DNA of 63,699 nucleotides, counting the filler, from Octopus bimaculoides (lineage: Eukaryota), in NCBI RefSeq assembly GCF_001194135.2. It is 5 parts of 5 records of this genome, joined end to end, with 100 filler letters (N's around TTAATTAATTAA, not from the genome) between each part and the next. Parts side by side here need not be neighbours in the genome. Positions count along the whole stretch, not along the records: positions 1 to 22,204 come from NC_068981.1; positions 22,305 to 42,599 come from NC_068985.1; 3 more parts are not named here. One strand, 5' to 3'. Position numbers and translations under genes: made by a program. The notes below the pieces were generated by a model. That model made no database searches and was not told where the DNA came from. It saw only the letters and a program-made list of their open reading frames with translations. Of the stretch, positions 12,172 through 24,440 are shown piece by piece. Numbering within the stretch: position 1 is the stretch's first letter; each line of letters starts with the position of its first letter.

Positions 12172-12494
12172 TGTAGTAACGCCGTGCGCATGCGTAGTCT
12201 CACGCATGCGTGGAATTAAACAACCAAGCGTTCCCGCTTCTATTCTCTCTCTTTCTCGGTCGGCCGGCCATGAGCATGGACGTGTCAAGCAGTGTCTCCA
12301 ACATTCCAACTCTGGAGACAGTCTCTTTCTTGCTGGCCAGAATAGAGCATGGACGTGTTTAGCTGTCACTCTCTATCTTTCGGACTTACACTCGACAGCT
12401 CGCTTACATCTACATAACAACGTCCCAACAACTATACTCACACACACAGAAGCTGTAACAACAAACAAGAGCTAAAGATGTATATATTTGCCAC
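12172..12494 (+). mobile_element. LTR copy (downstream), 3'-truncated
   Basis: TGTAGTAAC start preceded by AAGGGAGCCC. Homology to the solo LTR stops at 12494. Confidence 0.8.
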
Positions 12495-14614
12495 TTGACT
12501 CTTCTAACCTCTTCCAGGCCACCAAAAGTTAGAATTGAGATAACAGGTACCACCAATGAAATCTATTGTTCTCAACAATATGTCTCTCCTTCTAACTAGT
12601 TTTGGATAGTTATAAATACTAGAATTTGGTAAGGCAATATCAGTTAGTGAGAACCGAGTCTGGCTGACCGGCTGAACAAAACGCCATCTTTGAAGGAAAA
12701 GGCACAAAGGGACAACTATGGTAACTCACCAACGAAGTTATTGTTTTGTCCCACCACTCTCACTTTCACTAACTCACTTTATTTTCTCTGTAACATTACC
12801 ATATCTCTCTGCATATACGACTATGAGATCGTGTACACACATATACAGGCCGAGACTGACGTTCTTTACCTGGCATGCTTTACGAACTGTGTTATACAAT
12901 TACACTAGCCTACCTGTCGTGGTATGGCTTATATTAAGGTAACGATAAATAAATATTTCTTCACAATTTCGATCATTGTTCTTCGTTCATCTTTCACAAC
13001 TTACAACATGCCGTTACAATAACAACAACGAATACTATAACCGTTACACATTGAACACACGATTTCTTCTAAGCTTATTTCTGGGTTAAGTATTTGAAAC
13101 TTCGTCAATACACTCTTATTTAAATTGTCGCTTTTGTCCGGCGTACTTTTGAACTTCTAAACTCTTTCGCTAGAGTTAGTTATTTTCTATATCCGTTTGC
13201 ATGATTATTAATTACGCAGATAATGACACTATTCATTAATAAAATTCGGTAGGCAATTCCCCTGAGGTACGCTGTGTAGTTTTGCTGACAGTATTTACAT
13301 TCCACTCCCACGTTCACCAAATCAACATATTAAAATGAGCTTGATTCCCCTCAAGCACATTTTAGCACGTGGCGTCCCCAGTGACTGTGCCCATCACCCA
13401 TAATCAAGCTCCGACATACTTTGTCTTAATGGGCTAATATATCTGTAACCCCCTGTTTCAATGATGTCTGAGGTAAAACTAAATGGGTATTTCTGTTTCT
13501 AGACTTGCAGACCTCTTAATTAACGGCCCATAGTTTCCATCTATTCTCCCTATATCTATAAATAACAGCTGACACTGTACATGCCGTTGTCTTCTGCAAG
13601 ATAGAAGACCTTCATTTTGAGATTTCTCGATAACAGTTTCAAGCACGTATGTTTCATACGTACGTATGTATGTATGTATGCATGTGAGTGTGTGTGTATT
13701 CGTTGTCCATCAATCTTTAGCATTATCAATTACTGTTTTGTTTCATATTATATGGTTCTAGTAACTACGTATCTCATAGACAAATATCTTGAGGATATGC
13801 TCTCGCAATATGCTTTTATGCGGCTAAGTTTTTTTCTTTTTTTTTTTTTTTACTTGATATCCGTACACAGTAGGTGATTTGTTTCTACTTTATATTATTT
13901 GTGTAGAGATTTTTCCAATGTCGGGGAGAGGCTTGTATCAGCTTTATTCAACGTCGCTTTCGATGATTCATCTTTTAGATCTATACTCTTTGTAACGTTC
14001 ATACCTCAACGAATAAGAAGGTTCCAGTTGCTACAGCATGCATTCAATCTAAAAAAAAAAAACACTAGTTTTATATGCATGATTCTTGACATGAGTCAGC
14101 CTATAAGAAGTGATATTATTAATCTTATTAACCTTAAACACCTTCCAGCAACAATCAACCACTAAAAAAACTATACACACACACACTATTTGTTTCCTTT
14201 GAATCTCATTTATAATTTACGACTTGCATTTTCTAATAATATAGTTCACTTATAAATACAAGCCGTTCTGTTTTAACGTCCGTCACCGGACGAACGGAAG
14301 CACGACAATCTGAGCAGCAACTCATGAAACTTCAGCACTGAATAAATAATAATCGACCATATTCAGTAGTTTTTGCTTAACGGCATACACCATCGTTTTT
14401 TCCCTCTTTTAGTCTTTCTTTAATCCTTCTTTCCCCTTTCACACACACTCTCACTCATTCTTTCATACACATGTAAACACATTTTTTTACTCATCACTCA
14501 CTTTATATGCGTGTGTGTGTACGTCTGTGTGTCTATGTATGTATGTACGTATGTATGTATATATGTATAAATAATATATATGCATATATACATACATACA
14601 TACATACATACACA

Positions 14615-14663
<49 letters not shown>

Positions 14664-15279
14664 GTATATATATAGTGTAGGTATCAGTTAGTAGGGTTTA
14701 ATACCTCTAAAGGATAATTAAATCCACAGTCGCTCCTGGTTATTACCTGGGTAGGTAGTCTTTTGTAAGGTTGAATGGTAGCAGGTGGTTCGGTTGGTAA
14801 ACCGTAGTTTAGGTTATATAGAGTTACCCCCCTTCACCAACACCGCCGGAATATAAACACTGCAGAATATAAACAAATTGAATACACACGTGCGGAAAAA
14901 AAATGTGCGTAATCAAATTAGGAACCCCACACCTAAATAATACTCATCCCGCCCTAATTACCCAACGAAACTAACCAGTCTACCACAATCAAACCTTTAC
15001 CCAGCGAATTTACCAGCGCAAGAACAAAATTTAATGTAAGACTTACTACCTTTGTTTATATTACCATCACATATGTATCAATTATTTTCGCATCCTAACC
15101 GATGCATCTATCTATATTCGCATTCTGAAGAGATTTACTTAAACCAGTAAATCGAAACGATCGTAAATGCTACCTTCCTTCTTTGTTATCTAATTGAATT
15201 AAAGGCATACCAGCGAAAACCACGAGTTTCCCCTTGTTATTAGATCCATTTTCACAAAACGTAAACAGATACGAACACG

Positions 15280-15492
15280 AATTTGGGAATGCAAACAACG
15301 AGAGAAACAAATGGAAAACAAGACATGTAACATAAAGAACGATCCTTCATCAGTTGTTGGTTGTCTATCTACTCCTCATTTCGAGCATCAAAATGAGGAG
15401 TAAATAGACAGCCGACAACTGATGAAGGGTCGTTCTTAATGTTACTTGTCCTGTTTTCCATTTGTTTCTCTCGTTGTTTGCATACCCAAATT
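15280..15492. repeat. Long imperfect palindrome (about 100-bp arms)
   Basis: 15280-15381 is the reverse complement of 15391-15492 around the loop CGAGCATCA. The arm sequence recurs singly at 58981-59054. Confidence 0.9.
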
Positions 15493-15699
15493 TGTCTTTG
15501 TATTTCATGTTGTTTACGTTTGTACCCATATATGCATATATATACACATATATATGTATGTATGTACATATATGTATGTATATATGCATATATATATATA
15601 TATATATANNNNNNNNNNNNNNNNNNNNNNNNNNNNNNNNNNNNNNNNNNNNNNNNNNNNNNNNNNNNNNNNNNNNNNNNNNNNNNNNNNNNNNATATA

Positions 15700-16120
15700 T
15701 ATCAAAATAAACAAGAGGATATCAAGTAGTACGACTGTTTCAAGCGACTCCTATAACAAATAGGACACATTAATACAATTTTTCTTAAATATTTTAACAA
15801 AGCAAAAAGATGGAAGAAATTCCAATTGTTGCTATTGTAGCTAAGAATAGACCACAACTTCTATGGATCATAGAAGTTGTAGTCTGTTCTTAGCTACACG
15901 ACAGCATGAATTTATTCCATTTTCTTGCTCTGTTAAAATATTTAAAAAAAATTATATTAATGTGTCCTACTTGTTAAAATTCCATTTATTTATTTGTGCA
16001 GCTGAAGATGGCACTACATTTAAATTGTTGTAATGATTGAATTGTTCAATTAAATGGAGTCGCTTGAAACAGTCGTATTGCATTACCACGTGATATCCTG
16101 TCGCTTGTTTTGATTTTATT
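15700..16120. repeat. Fold-back element / MITE-like palindrome
   Basis: Centre ACAACTTCTATG-GAT-CATAGAAGTTGT. Arms of about 165 bp, with an insertion of about 70 bp in the right arm. Confidence 0.85.
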
Positions 16121-16783
16121 CACCTTACTTCGAGCTGCACGGATAATACCGGACTGACTTGGTGCTTCAATTTAAGTACCTAATCCAACTGAATCTCAAT
16201 TATTATATATGGTTAAGAATCCATACAAATTAAAGGTTATAGGTAAAACGTAAAAGTCGAAACAGCACAGAAGTATGTTTAAAGATTCTTTTTACTTTTT
16301 TTCTTTAATCGGACAGGATCATAGGCGAAGAAGGACCTTTGTATGCAATGCATGCACTGCATGCCTTACTATTTTACCACGATAAATAGTTTTTGTGTAA
16401 TATATAATTGATTATAGATAATTTTCACCAGATTCATTGTAGTCATATTCCCTTTTATTTCGCATTCTTTGACTTCTTAGTATAAAGTGGTCAAGAGAAA
16501 GAAAGGAAAGCAAATTTTTTACTGCTTGCTTTCAGTCATAGTAAGAGCAATGATGTTATTTTGTTTGTATCCTATTATTTTCGAGAAGGGAGTGTAAAAA
16601 AGAGGGACAAAGCAAAATATGAGTGACTAAGAAACAGGACAGAGAAAGCAGATATTTTACTACTTGTCATTAAGCCGTGTTAAGTTATCGACAGAAAGCA
16701 AATTCAGTTCTATATTTGAGAGATGAGGAATTATGTACATTATTCACATTTGACAGATATTTGTCCTCATCTTGTTTGTTGTT

Positions 16784-16828
16784 AACACAACGTTTCGACT
16801 GATATACTCTCCAGCCTTCATCAGGTGT
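16784..16828 (-). ncRNA. Minimal type I hammerhead ribozyme motif (putative)
   Basis: ACAC-CTGATGA-A-GGCTG(gagagtatat)CAGTC-GAAA-CG-TT-GTGT. Stem I ACAC/GTGT, stem II GGCTG/CAGTC, palindromic ACGT stem III. Confidence 0.65.
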
Positions 16829-16991
16829 GTTGGGGAAATTTCGAACCTGGGTTCTCATTCCTAAGATATTTTTCGATGTTGTTGTTGTTCTTGATATTGC
16901 TGTTTTTCTTGTTGCTACAATTGCTGTTGTTATGCTTGCTATTATTATTATTATTATTATTAATAATAATAAGAAGAAGAAGAATAATTCA

Positions 16992-17053
16992 GGGATTGAA
17001 CTCGGAATCTTGGAGTTAGTAGCCCGTGCTCTTAACCACTATGCCATATGCCC
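16992..17053 (-). other. tRNA-like Pol III promoter module inside the repeat (not a functional tRNA)
   Basis: A box TGGCATAGTGG, anticodon-like arm GGG-CTACTAA-CTCC, B box GAGTTCAATCC. Confidence 0.7.
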
Positions 17054-17380
17054 GTGGACAATTATGGAGTGAATTTTGGGACTTGTAAATCTAATATTTT
17101 CCTATCCTTCCTTAATACCAGTTCCCATATGCTACTCATATCTGCAGACACGTTGTCAAATTTTTTCTCTTGAAGTGCTGATGTTTTTACTGTCCTGTGT
17201 AGCAGAGATCAAAGACTTGCCAATTCAGAAGACTTTCTTTATGCTTACCTCATAGTCGGACAGATTTAGATGAAAAAATACATATTTAGTCAATTTAAAG
17301 CTTGTTTCATTGGTTTCTGATATATTTCGCATGATTATTCGGTACCGAGGAGTACATATTTTATCTTTTATGTCCTACAT

Positions 17381-17737
17381 GTTTCAATCAGTAGATTGTG
17401 GCCATGTTGGGCACCACCTTAAATAATTTTTAGTCTAATGAATCTACCCCAGTACTTTTTTTAAAACCTGATGCTTATTCTTTTGGTCACTCGTGCCGAA
17501 CTGCTAAGTTACAGGGACATAAACACACCAACGGCGGTTGTCAAGCGTTGGTGAAGGACAAACACAGACACAAACAAACACACACACACACATATACAAC
17601 AGGTTTTTTCAGTTTCCTTCTATTAAGTCCACTTACAAGGTTTTAGTTGGCCTAAGGCTATATTAGAAGACACTAGTAGAAGACTGGATCTAGAACCATG
17701 TGGTCGGAAGCAAACTTCTTACCACACACCCACGCTT
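17381..17737 (-). mobile_element. tRNA-derived SINE family B (diverged)
   Basis: Similar to 31180-31520. Confidence 0.7.
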
Positions 17738-18849
17738 GCTCTCTGAAAAGATTTAACCAACGGAGAGAGTATTTTTGATCTGTTCTTAAGACCTGAATTC
17801 AGTCATGTGACCCCAGAGTTTTCTTGACTATTTCATACATAGAGCAAAAAGAAGAAACCGGCAATGTGTGTGTGTGATTAAAAAGTAAAGCTTTTATCCA
17901 TTCATTCATGCCAATGCTTTAAAATTTAATTTTAAATATTTAAAGTTATCTAAGAAACGTTTAGACGGTGATGTTCTCAGGTTGTGAAGCCATCTAATGA
18001 TGTCTCTGTTCAGAAAGTTGTAATATGTCATTCGATAAGGAAACACGGTACAATGAATTCATGGAATAAAGCTGTAACTTTAAATACCTTTACTCTCGGT
18101 CTCAAATATATACAAGTTGAATGATAAGGGAAAGAGTTCATAAGTGAAGTGCCATGTTCATCTTCTGCGTAACCTCATATGCTCGCTGCCATGGGTGTGC
18201 AAAAGATAAGTAGGTCATGTCTTTGCTCTCTGGCATCTCGATGCGAAAGAGAAAGTGCCAGGGCTTAGTGTCTGAACCTTAGCGCTGCTTACGCCATCTA
18301 GTGGCTAGACAGCCGCCGTCAAGGGAGGTAACTGCGGCTACAAAGGTTACGTAAAAAAAGTAAACTAGCACCTAAATTATCTATTAGCATAAAGCTTCGA
18401 TTCATTTAAATTCAGTAAAATGTTTCGTGCCTTCAGTCACCCTCAGGATGGCAAAAGATTTCTATTGAATTAAATTGCAGATTTTTTTTTTTATCTATTC
18501 AGAATATGTTCAGCTGTGTGGGTGGTGGTGGTGGGAGGCTGAAACTCTGAATAGGAAGAAAATGAATCACCAGAACAGGTGCATACACACACACACACAA
18601 GCATGCACACATACTCACACACACACATGCTCACACACAAACGGCAGATCATTTATTTATATAAACAAAAATTTCCCTTTTTAGAAACAGTTCAAAACTC
18701 ACAAACTCACAGTAAAATGGTGTTGAAAATGTGTAAGATGTCTGTAAACTATAGATCCTTATTTATTGACTAATGGTGGATGATTCCATATTTAATTGTG
18801 GTTTATATTTGTTAATGAATACTTTTTATTTATTTATTTTTTGTTGAAA

Positions 18850-19990
18850 AGCATGAACACGCAATGTGCATGTGCACACTGAATTCATGAAATGGAATAG
18901 AAGAATAGAAACCCAATGCACATGTCAAAATAAAATAGGAGAGAAGAATAAAAGAAGTTATGATGGTCTGCATGCCATGTCTGATACCACTATCACACAG
19001 CTTTGCTACAATTTTCTTGTTTCTAAAGAGCTTAATATCCTCTCGCATATAATATTCTCCAAAACTTTTGAAAGATATGACATAAGTGAAACAGGTTTAT
19101 AGGCTCTAGTCTGAGCTCTATTCCTCCGTTTTCCTTTTTCTGTGTAATTCAGGAAAAAGGGTTCTTCCACATTATTAGATCCTCACCAAAAAGCTTAGGA
19201 ATTACATATGTATTTCTTGATGCTCTACACCCTTGGATTTTGTATCTTTTTAATCACTGATTTGACACCAAATAAAGATTTAAAATATTATAATATTAGA
19301 GATTATCATTGTGCTTTCAGTTACAAGAGTGAAAATTGTTGACCAGATCTTTGTCTGTCAAATACTAAGGCGGCATTTATTTTTTCTAGCATGAAATCGT
19401 TTTAGCAACCATAACTAGGAAATAGCCAAACTCCTTTGTGAACTCAAGTCATACTGTCACAGTGTTAGATTCGTTCCACCTGCCTGATCATAATTTTGCT
19501 GAAATCAGAATGGTTTTGGAAATTTAGTTTAGACACATTGAGTAAAGCAAATACATAATGTACAAGCAAGTAATAGACCCACACTTGTCCAAATGAAAGT
19601 TTTAATTCTATTCTTGGGTATAAGTTTTGGCCATGCTCCGGCAAACTATTATGTACATCAATTTGATTTTCTATAGTCTTTTTTTTTAATATGGAGGTGA
19701 CTGGCCTTCTATAGAGCACCAAGTGCTCATACTAGTATCTAACTATTGTGTCTCTTCATACTTCATTCCCCTTATACACCTCGCAGGAGAGTTATAGAAT
19801 TCTTAGAGAATGATTTACTATTTATGTTGTACTAATAACTTCTTGAAAGGAAAAGAATCTGAAAGCTAGCTACCTGTAGGACTTGAACAACACATTTTCT
19901 ATAATCATGACAGACATGAGAAAGTCTGTTTCTAAATGGAAATACATTTATTTTCTCATTTTTAAGAATAAAACATCTAACTTGATGGAA
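18850..19990 (+). mobile_element. Possible heavily decayed hAT transposase remnant
   Basis: Scattered peptides QVIDPHLSK (like LDPRFK) and NTFSIIMTDMRKSV..FLIFKN (like the hAT dimerisation domain ERxFS..T..R..LxFLxxN). Many stops. Confidence 0.35.
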
Positions 19991-21119
19991 AAGATACTGA
20001 AGGAGGAATTTCAACCATGTTTCGTGGTCTGCTACCACAACAGCTCCTTTATAGGATCCAGTTAGCTGAAGACATCATCAGGAGGAACCACGTCCGGTTT
20101 CGGCCCCTACTCCTCTACCGCTCCGACGTGGCGGGGCCACCCCCCCTCGGAGGCGTCCTCAGCTCTGGTGTCGGGTGCATGTCTTCCCTCGCTGTTTGCG
20201 ACCGTTATCTGTCAAGCCTACATGTATGTTCAAGTCAATGCATGATTTGAGTAACTGTCAGCCTCTTTTCCGTTATGGAGTTTTTAATTCAATATATTAT
20301 GAGCTATTATTTATAACTGTATTGCTTCAAAACACACCATTAAATGACTTATTGACTATATTAATTTAAACTTAGTATTTGTGCTATAGTTTTGCTGAAG
20401 TAAAAGTAGAGACAGTACACAATAAAATGTTTCTTATCTGTTTAAGAATTTCAATTCAATGTAATATAATAGGATTTTTAGCATGACGATATCTTTAATA
20501 TATTAGAGATAATCTAATTCATTCAACCAATTTAATTTATATGAAAATAATTATTAAACTCAATTATTGCATAGCAAGTTAATGCATGAAATCAGAATAA
20601 TTAAATGGCAAATCTCTTAATTAGCATCCAACAAAAATGAAATAAGTCTACCCATTTAGCATTACCATTCAATTTGATAATTGCAACTTATTTAATTTAA
20701 AATCTGTTGGAGTTTGAAGGTATTCTGAGTATTGAATCAACCTTAAAAATGTAGTCATTCTTAATGTACAGTAGAGTATAGCACAGTAACAATAAAGCCT
20801 ATGAATAATTACTGGATTGTCCACTTAACTGTAACTGCAGTGGACTGTTGTTCTGTTCAGGGGTAATGTTGGCTCACATGTCTAGCCAGAAGTGGGGTGG
20901 GGACGGGCATCATTTGAGAGCTAAAACAATACAAGGAAGTGTATTGCAACCAGTGATATGCCACAACATCTGATAGTCTGGTTGATGTAGTGAATATGAA
21001 CTCACACAAACAAACACAAATTGACTGTTCACTATGTTATCTTCCCTGCATCCTCACCACATCAGTTTTATAAGATTGTAAGATTGTATTGAGGGAACAT
21101 CCCAAGCCTTTTCTGCAAG

Positions 21120-21688
21120 ATGATGTACTAAATAGCAGAAAGACTGGAGATTATGGAAGCGTATTTGAGAATGGGTTCTGTTAAGCAAACGCATGAAATT
21201 CTTGAAGTCAAGTTTCCAGGTAAAGGCTTACCAGCAAAGAGAACAATACAAATGTTGGTTAAGAAGTGGCACATTATAGGGTTAGTGCACAACGCCTCAG
21301 AACAAAGGGATCCTACCGTTCAAATGCCAGAAGTTATCCAGGTCATTCACCAAAGAATTACGCAAAGACTAAAGAAGTCAACATGTGAATTGGCACAGCC
21401 ATCTCACATAAGCAGGCGGTCATGCTAGTGGGTGTTGCAAAGTTTAAAACAAGCCACATGTAATAGAGGAATTGAAAGAATACCACACATGCAGTCTCTG
21501 CCATTAATACCATTATTTTATACCAGATGTACCTAAACATGGTTAGACCTGCACAGCTGTGTATCGATACTGCAGGGAACCATTTTCAAAATCTTCAATG
21601 ATGGTGAGTCCTTTCTTGCACTTGTAAATTTACTCCTGTTTTTACACTTTGCTATGGAAGCTGGGTTGCTTTTTCATGTGCCACCCTG
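21120..21688 (+). mobile_element. Internally deleted Tc1/mariner-superfamily element (DUF4817-type N-terminus)
   Basis: MEAYLRMGSVKQT..FPGKGLPAKRTIQMLVKKW (HTH), C-terminal QLCIDTAGNHFQNL*, and right end CACCCTG followed by TA. Confidence 0.75.
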
Positions 21689-21776
21689 TATATTTCCCAC
21701 ATCCTGGTAAATCCTTTTTCATCCCATTTATATTCACATCATCATACCTTGAGAGTATGCCATGGCACATTGCCAT

Positions 21777-21815
<39 letters not shown>

Positions 21816-21959
21816 GAGGTAACCATGTATCTCCTCTACAGCAAGACACTTGTTTCTGTCCCTTTGTCATTCTCAAACCTCACATCACCTGGTACAAAGC
21901 CAACTCCTTCAATACACCACTCTCCTCTCGAAGGATCTTTGTCTTGCAAGTTACTTGAT

Positions 21960-22172
21960 GATCTTGCCAGTACTGGTTGCACATAAAAAAAGCATCCAGT
22001 CCACTCTGTAAATTGGTTGACATTTGGAAGGACATCCAGCTGTAAAATCCATGCCAAAACAGAGAGTGGAGCTTGGTGCAGCCCTCTGGCTTGCCAGCAT
22101 TTGTCAGACCATCCAACCCATGCCAACATCAAAGATGGATGTTAAATCATGATGATGATGATAATGATGATA
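21960..22172 (+). mobile_element. Retroposon 3' fragment with (GAT)n tail
   Basis: Ends ggatgttaaatc-(atg)n, typical of a SINE/RTE-type tail. Single copy in the window. Confidence 0.45.
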
Positions 22173-22363
22173 CATACATATATATTTATATATATATATA
22201 TATANNNNNNNNNNNNNNNNNNNNNNNNNNNNNNNNNNNNNNNNNNNNTTAATTAATTAANNNNNNNNNNNNNNNNNNNNNNNNNNNNNNNNNNNNNNNN
22301 NNNNGAATACCCTAACCACTAAACCACGCCATGGTGGTTTACCTCGCAGCACACCGGTTTCAA

Positions 22364-22760
22364 ATTATTACCTCCGCCTCATCGAAGGCAGAGGTCTTTC
22401 GGTCACGTATTTTTTTGTTTTTCTTTTTTGTCGGTGGACAAGATATCTCAAGAACCGCTGGATGGATTCGGATGAAACTTTCAGGGATGTTTGGTGATCG
22501 ATCCGGTACCGGACAAATATTCTGGATTATTTTTTCGTTTTTTTTAAAATTTAATATCTGAGAGGGGTCGGGTTCATTTTTAGTATTCTCGTTTGTGAGA
22601 GCAGTCGAGTTTATTTCAGATATTTCTTTCTTTCTTTTTTTTTTTTAACATTCATTTCTTTATTTCAGATATTCTCATTTTAAAAATCATCTCCGGCAAA
22701 TCGTTCAGAAAACGTTGGTGTTGCCTTGTCATAGGTTTGCGCTCTCTGAGTGTTCTTGTT
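22364..22760 (+). mobile_element. Non-autonomous Helentron/DINE-1-like element (putative)
   Basis: 5' ACCTCCGCC..GGCAGAGGT hairpin (22370-22395) and 3' GCGCTCTCTGAGTG stem-loop, with T-rich ends. Confidence 0.45.
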
Positions 22761-23138
22761 TTAAGACTGAAATAAAAGAAAGCATTTTAGGCCCAACAAT
22801 AGTTTCAGTGGAATATTCCTCGCATTTTCTCCATTCTTTGTTCCTATTTAATTTGCTTGAATTTGTTGTCATCTACACAATTAAATTACGACTTGAATTT
22901 ATGAATATTTAGTGTGTATTTGTAGACAAAGTACTTTAGAGATCAGATAGTTACCGACTTATTGGATAACACATTTCTTATACGAACGATGAATATTCAA
23001 GATGCATGCAATAGAATTCTATTAACACAAATATGCCTGAATTAAGAACAAGTTACAGATATTTATTAACCCGGGAAATGCCGGTTATTGTTCTGAAGTA
23101 TGCATGTATGGATGGATGGCTAGCTGGCTGAATGGATG

Positions 23139-23201
<63 letters not shown>

Positions 23202-23429
23202 TTATGTGTGTTTATGGTATTCGATTCTCTGTTATGTGTAGCCAACAGTGTCATTTTTTTCTAGCTTTATACTATTACTATACGTACAAACTAATGTTGA
23301 TGACAAGTGATGTGTACGTGGGTGGCTGCTCATGTTTGGATGTAAATGACAAATGCTGAGAGGTGTTTGAAATGTTAAATAACACCAGATCGATGTTTTC
23401 ACACTGACGCTTAGCCTCAAAGTTCTAGA

Positions 23430-23620
23430 CGAATGGCGCGAAACGATAAAAGCGTTGGATAAAAGTTGCCACGCAATCAGGAGAGACTTTAGATCAATGG
23501 ATGGATTGCTTTGCTGTAATCGTTCCACTTGTGTGCGTTCTGAGTTCAAATCTTGTCGGGGTCAGCTTTTCCTTATATTCTTTCGGAGTTGATAAAATAT
23601 CAGTCTTGCACTGAGTTAGA
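23430..23620 (+). mobile_element. Family A SINE (diverged)
   Basis: gttctgagttcaaat..cttt..tttcggagttgataaa core. Confidence 0.55.
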
Positions 23621-24192
23621 TTCTTTTCCTTCCTTCTTTAACTTTCTCTCTTCTGAAATAAATCGGTTCGAAAGGGATGCGCTCTGCTCAGTATAAAAAT
23701 GCGCAAGACAGACGACCGTTTATCACATCAGTTTAGCGACGATTCCATCAGAGGCTGAAAGGCCCAAGATATTTTGCTCTGTCTCTTTACATTCTCAAAC
23801 GAATTAGCATAGCATTAAGACATATTTAGCTTTAAAAAAAGGATGTTTGACGGCAGAAACTGCTGTGTTGATAAACTACCAGCAATACGTGATACAATTC
23901 TGGAGGCTAAACACTGTCGCATGATCAGTTTAAGCATATTAGTCAAATCTCGCTCAAATCACGCTTTATCTTCCATTACAGATCAACTCGATCTCAAATG
24001 ATCTGGGGCTAAATATGTTAAACAACAGCAAATAATCGTGTATCAAACCTAATAAGACCAACGACATATTTCAACTCCGACCACACTTGAAACATTATGG
24101 AATTGTAACATGGTGAGTAAAGAGCATTTTTAGAAATTTCCATTTTGAAATGTCATCTTTTCGTATTTATTTATACATTTGTATTTATTTAT

Positions 24193-24440
24193 GTGAAGGT
24201 GCAAGGCCTAGTGGTTAGGCTGTTGCACTCACGATCGCTAGATCGTGGGTTCGATTTTCAGTCCGGGCGGTGCGTTATGTTCTTGAGCAAAACACTTCAT
24301 TTCACATTGTTTCATTCCCCCCTTTCGACTAGGGGGGAAATGTTGGCCTGCTCGCCTTGCCAGCGGGGTGGCGTCATTCGAAGGCTAAAACAATATAAAA
24401 AAGTGCATTGTGACCAGCCTTGTCGGTCTCGTGAGCACGT
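24193..24440 (+). mobile_element. tRNA-derived SINE family C
   Basis: GGCCTAGTGGTTAG..GGGTTCGATT head, then ttgagcaaaacacttcatttcac. Related copies at 40001-40300 and 56633-56860. Confidence 0.8.

Larger units (their letters stand above)
16705..17200 (-). mobile_element. Penelope-like 3' end carrying a tRNA-like module and a hammerhead motif
   Basis: Second copy at 26884-27059. Contains A/B boxes and CTGATGA..GAAAC. Weak PLE-like C-terminal peptide KFDNVSADMSSIWELVLRK upstream. Confidence 0.65.

Noticed and set aside
16992-17053. Possible tRNA gene (also the SINE heads at 24193, 40001, 56633)
   Set aside because: Acceptor stem is broken and each is embedded in a dispersed repeat; these are tRNA-derived, not tRNAs.
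20014-20170. Hammerhead-like fragments on the minus strand (GTGGT/ACCAC-GAAACATG; CTGAGGA..GAAACCGG)
   Set aside because: The first lacks the CUGANGA core. The second lacks U16.1 and a contiguous stem I. At most a decayed PLE end.
22205-22304. TTAATTAATTAA islands inside N runs (also 42644-42655, 55159-55170, 62226-62237)
   Set aside because: 44 N + 12 bp + 44 N makes a 100-bp artificial join spacer with stops in all six frames. It is an assembly artefact, and adjacency across these joins should not be trusted.
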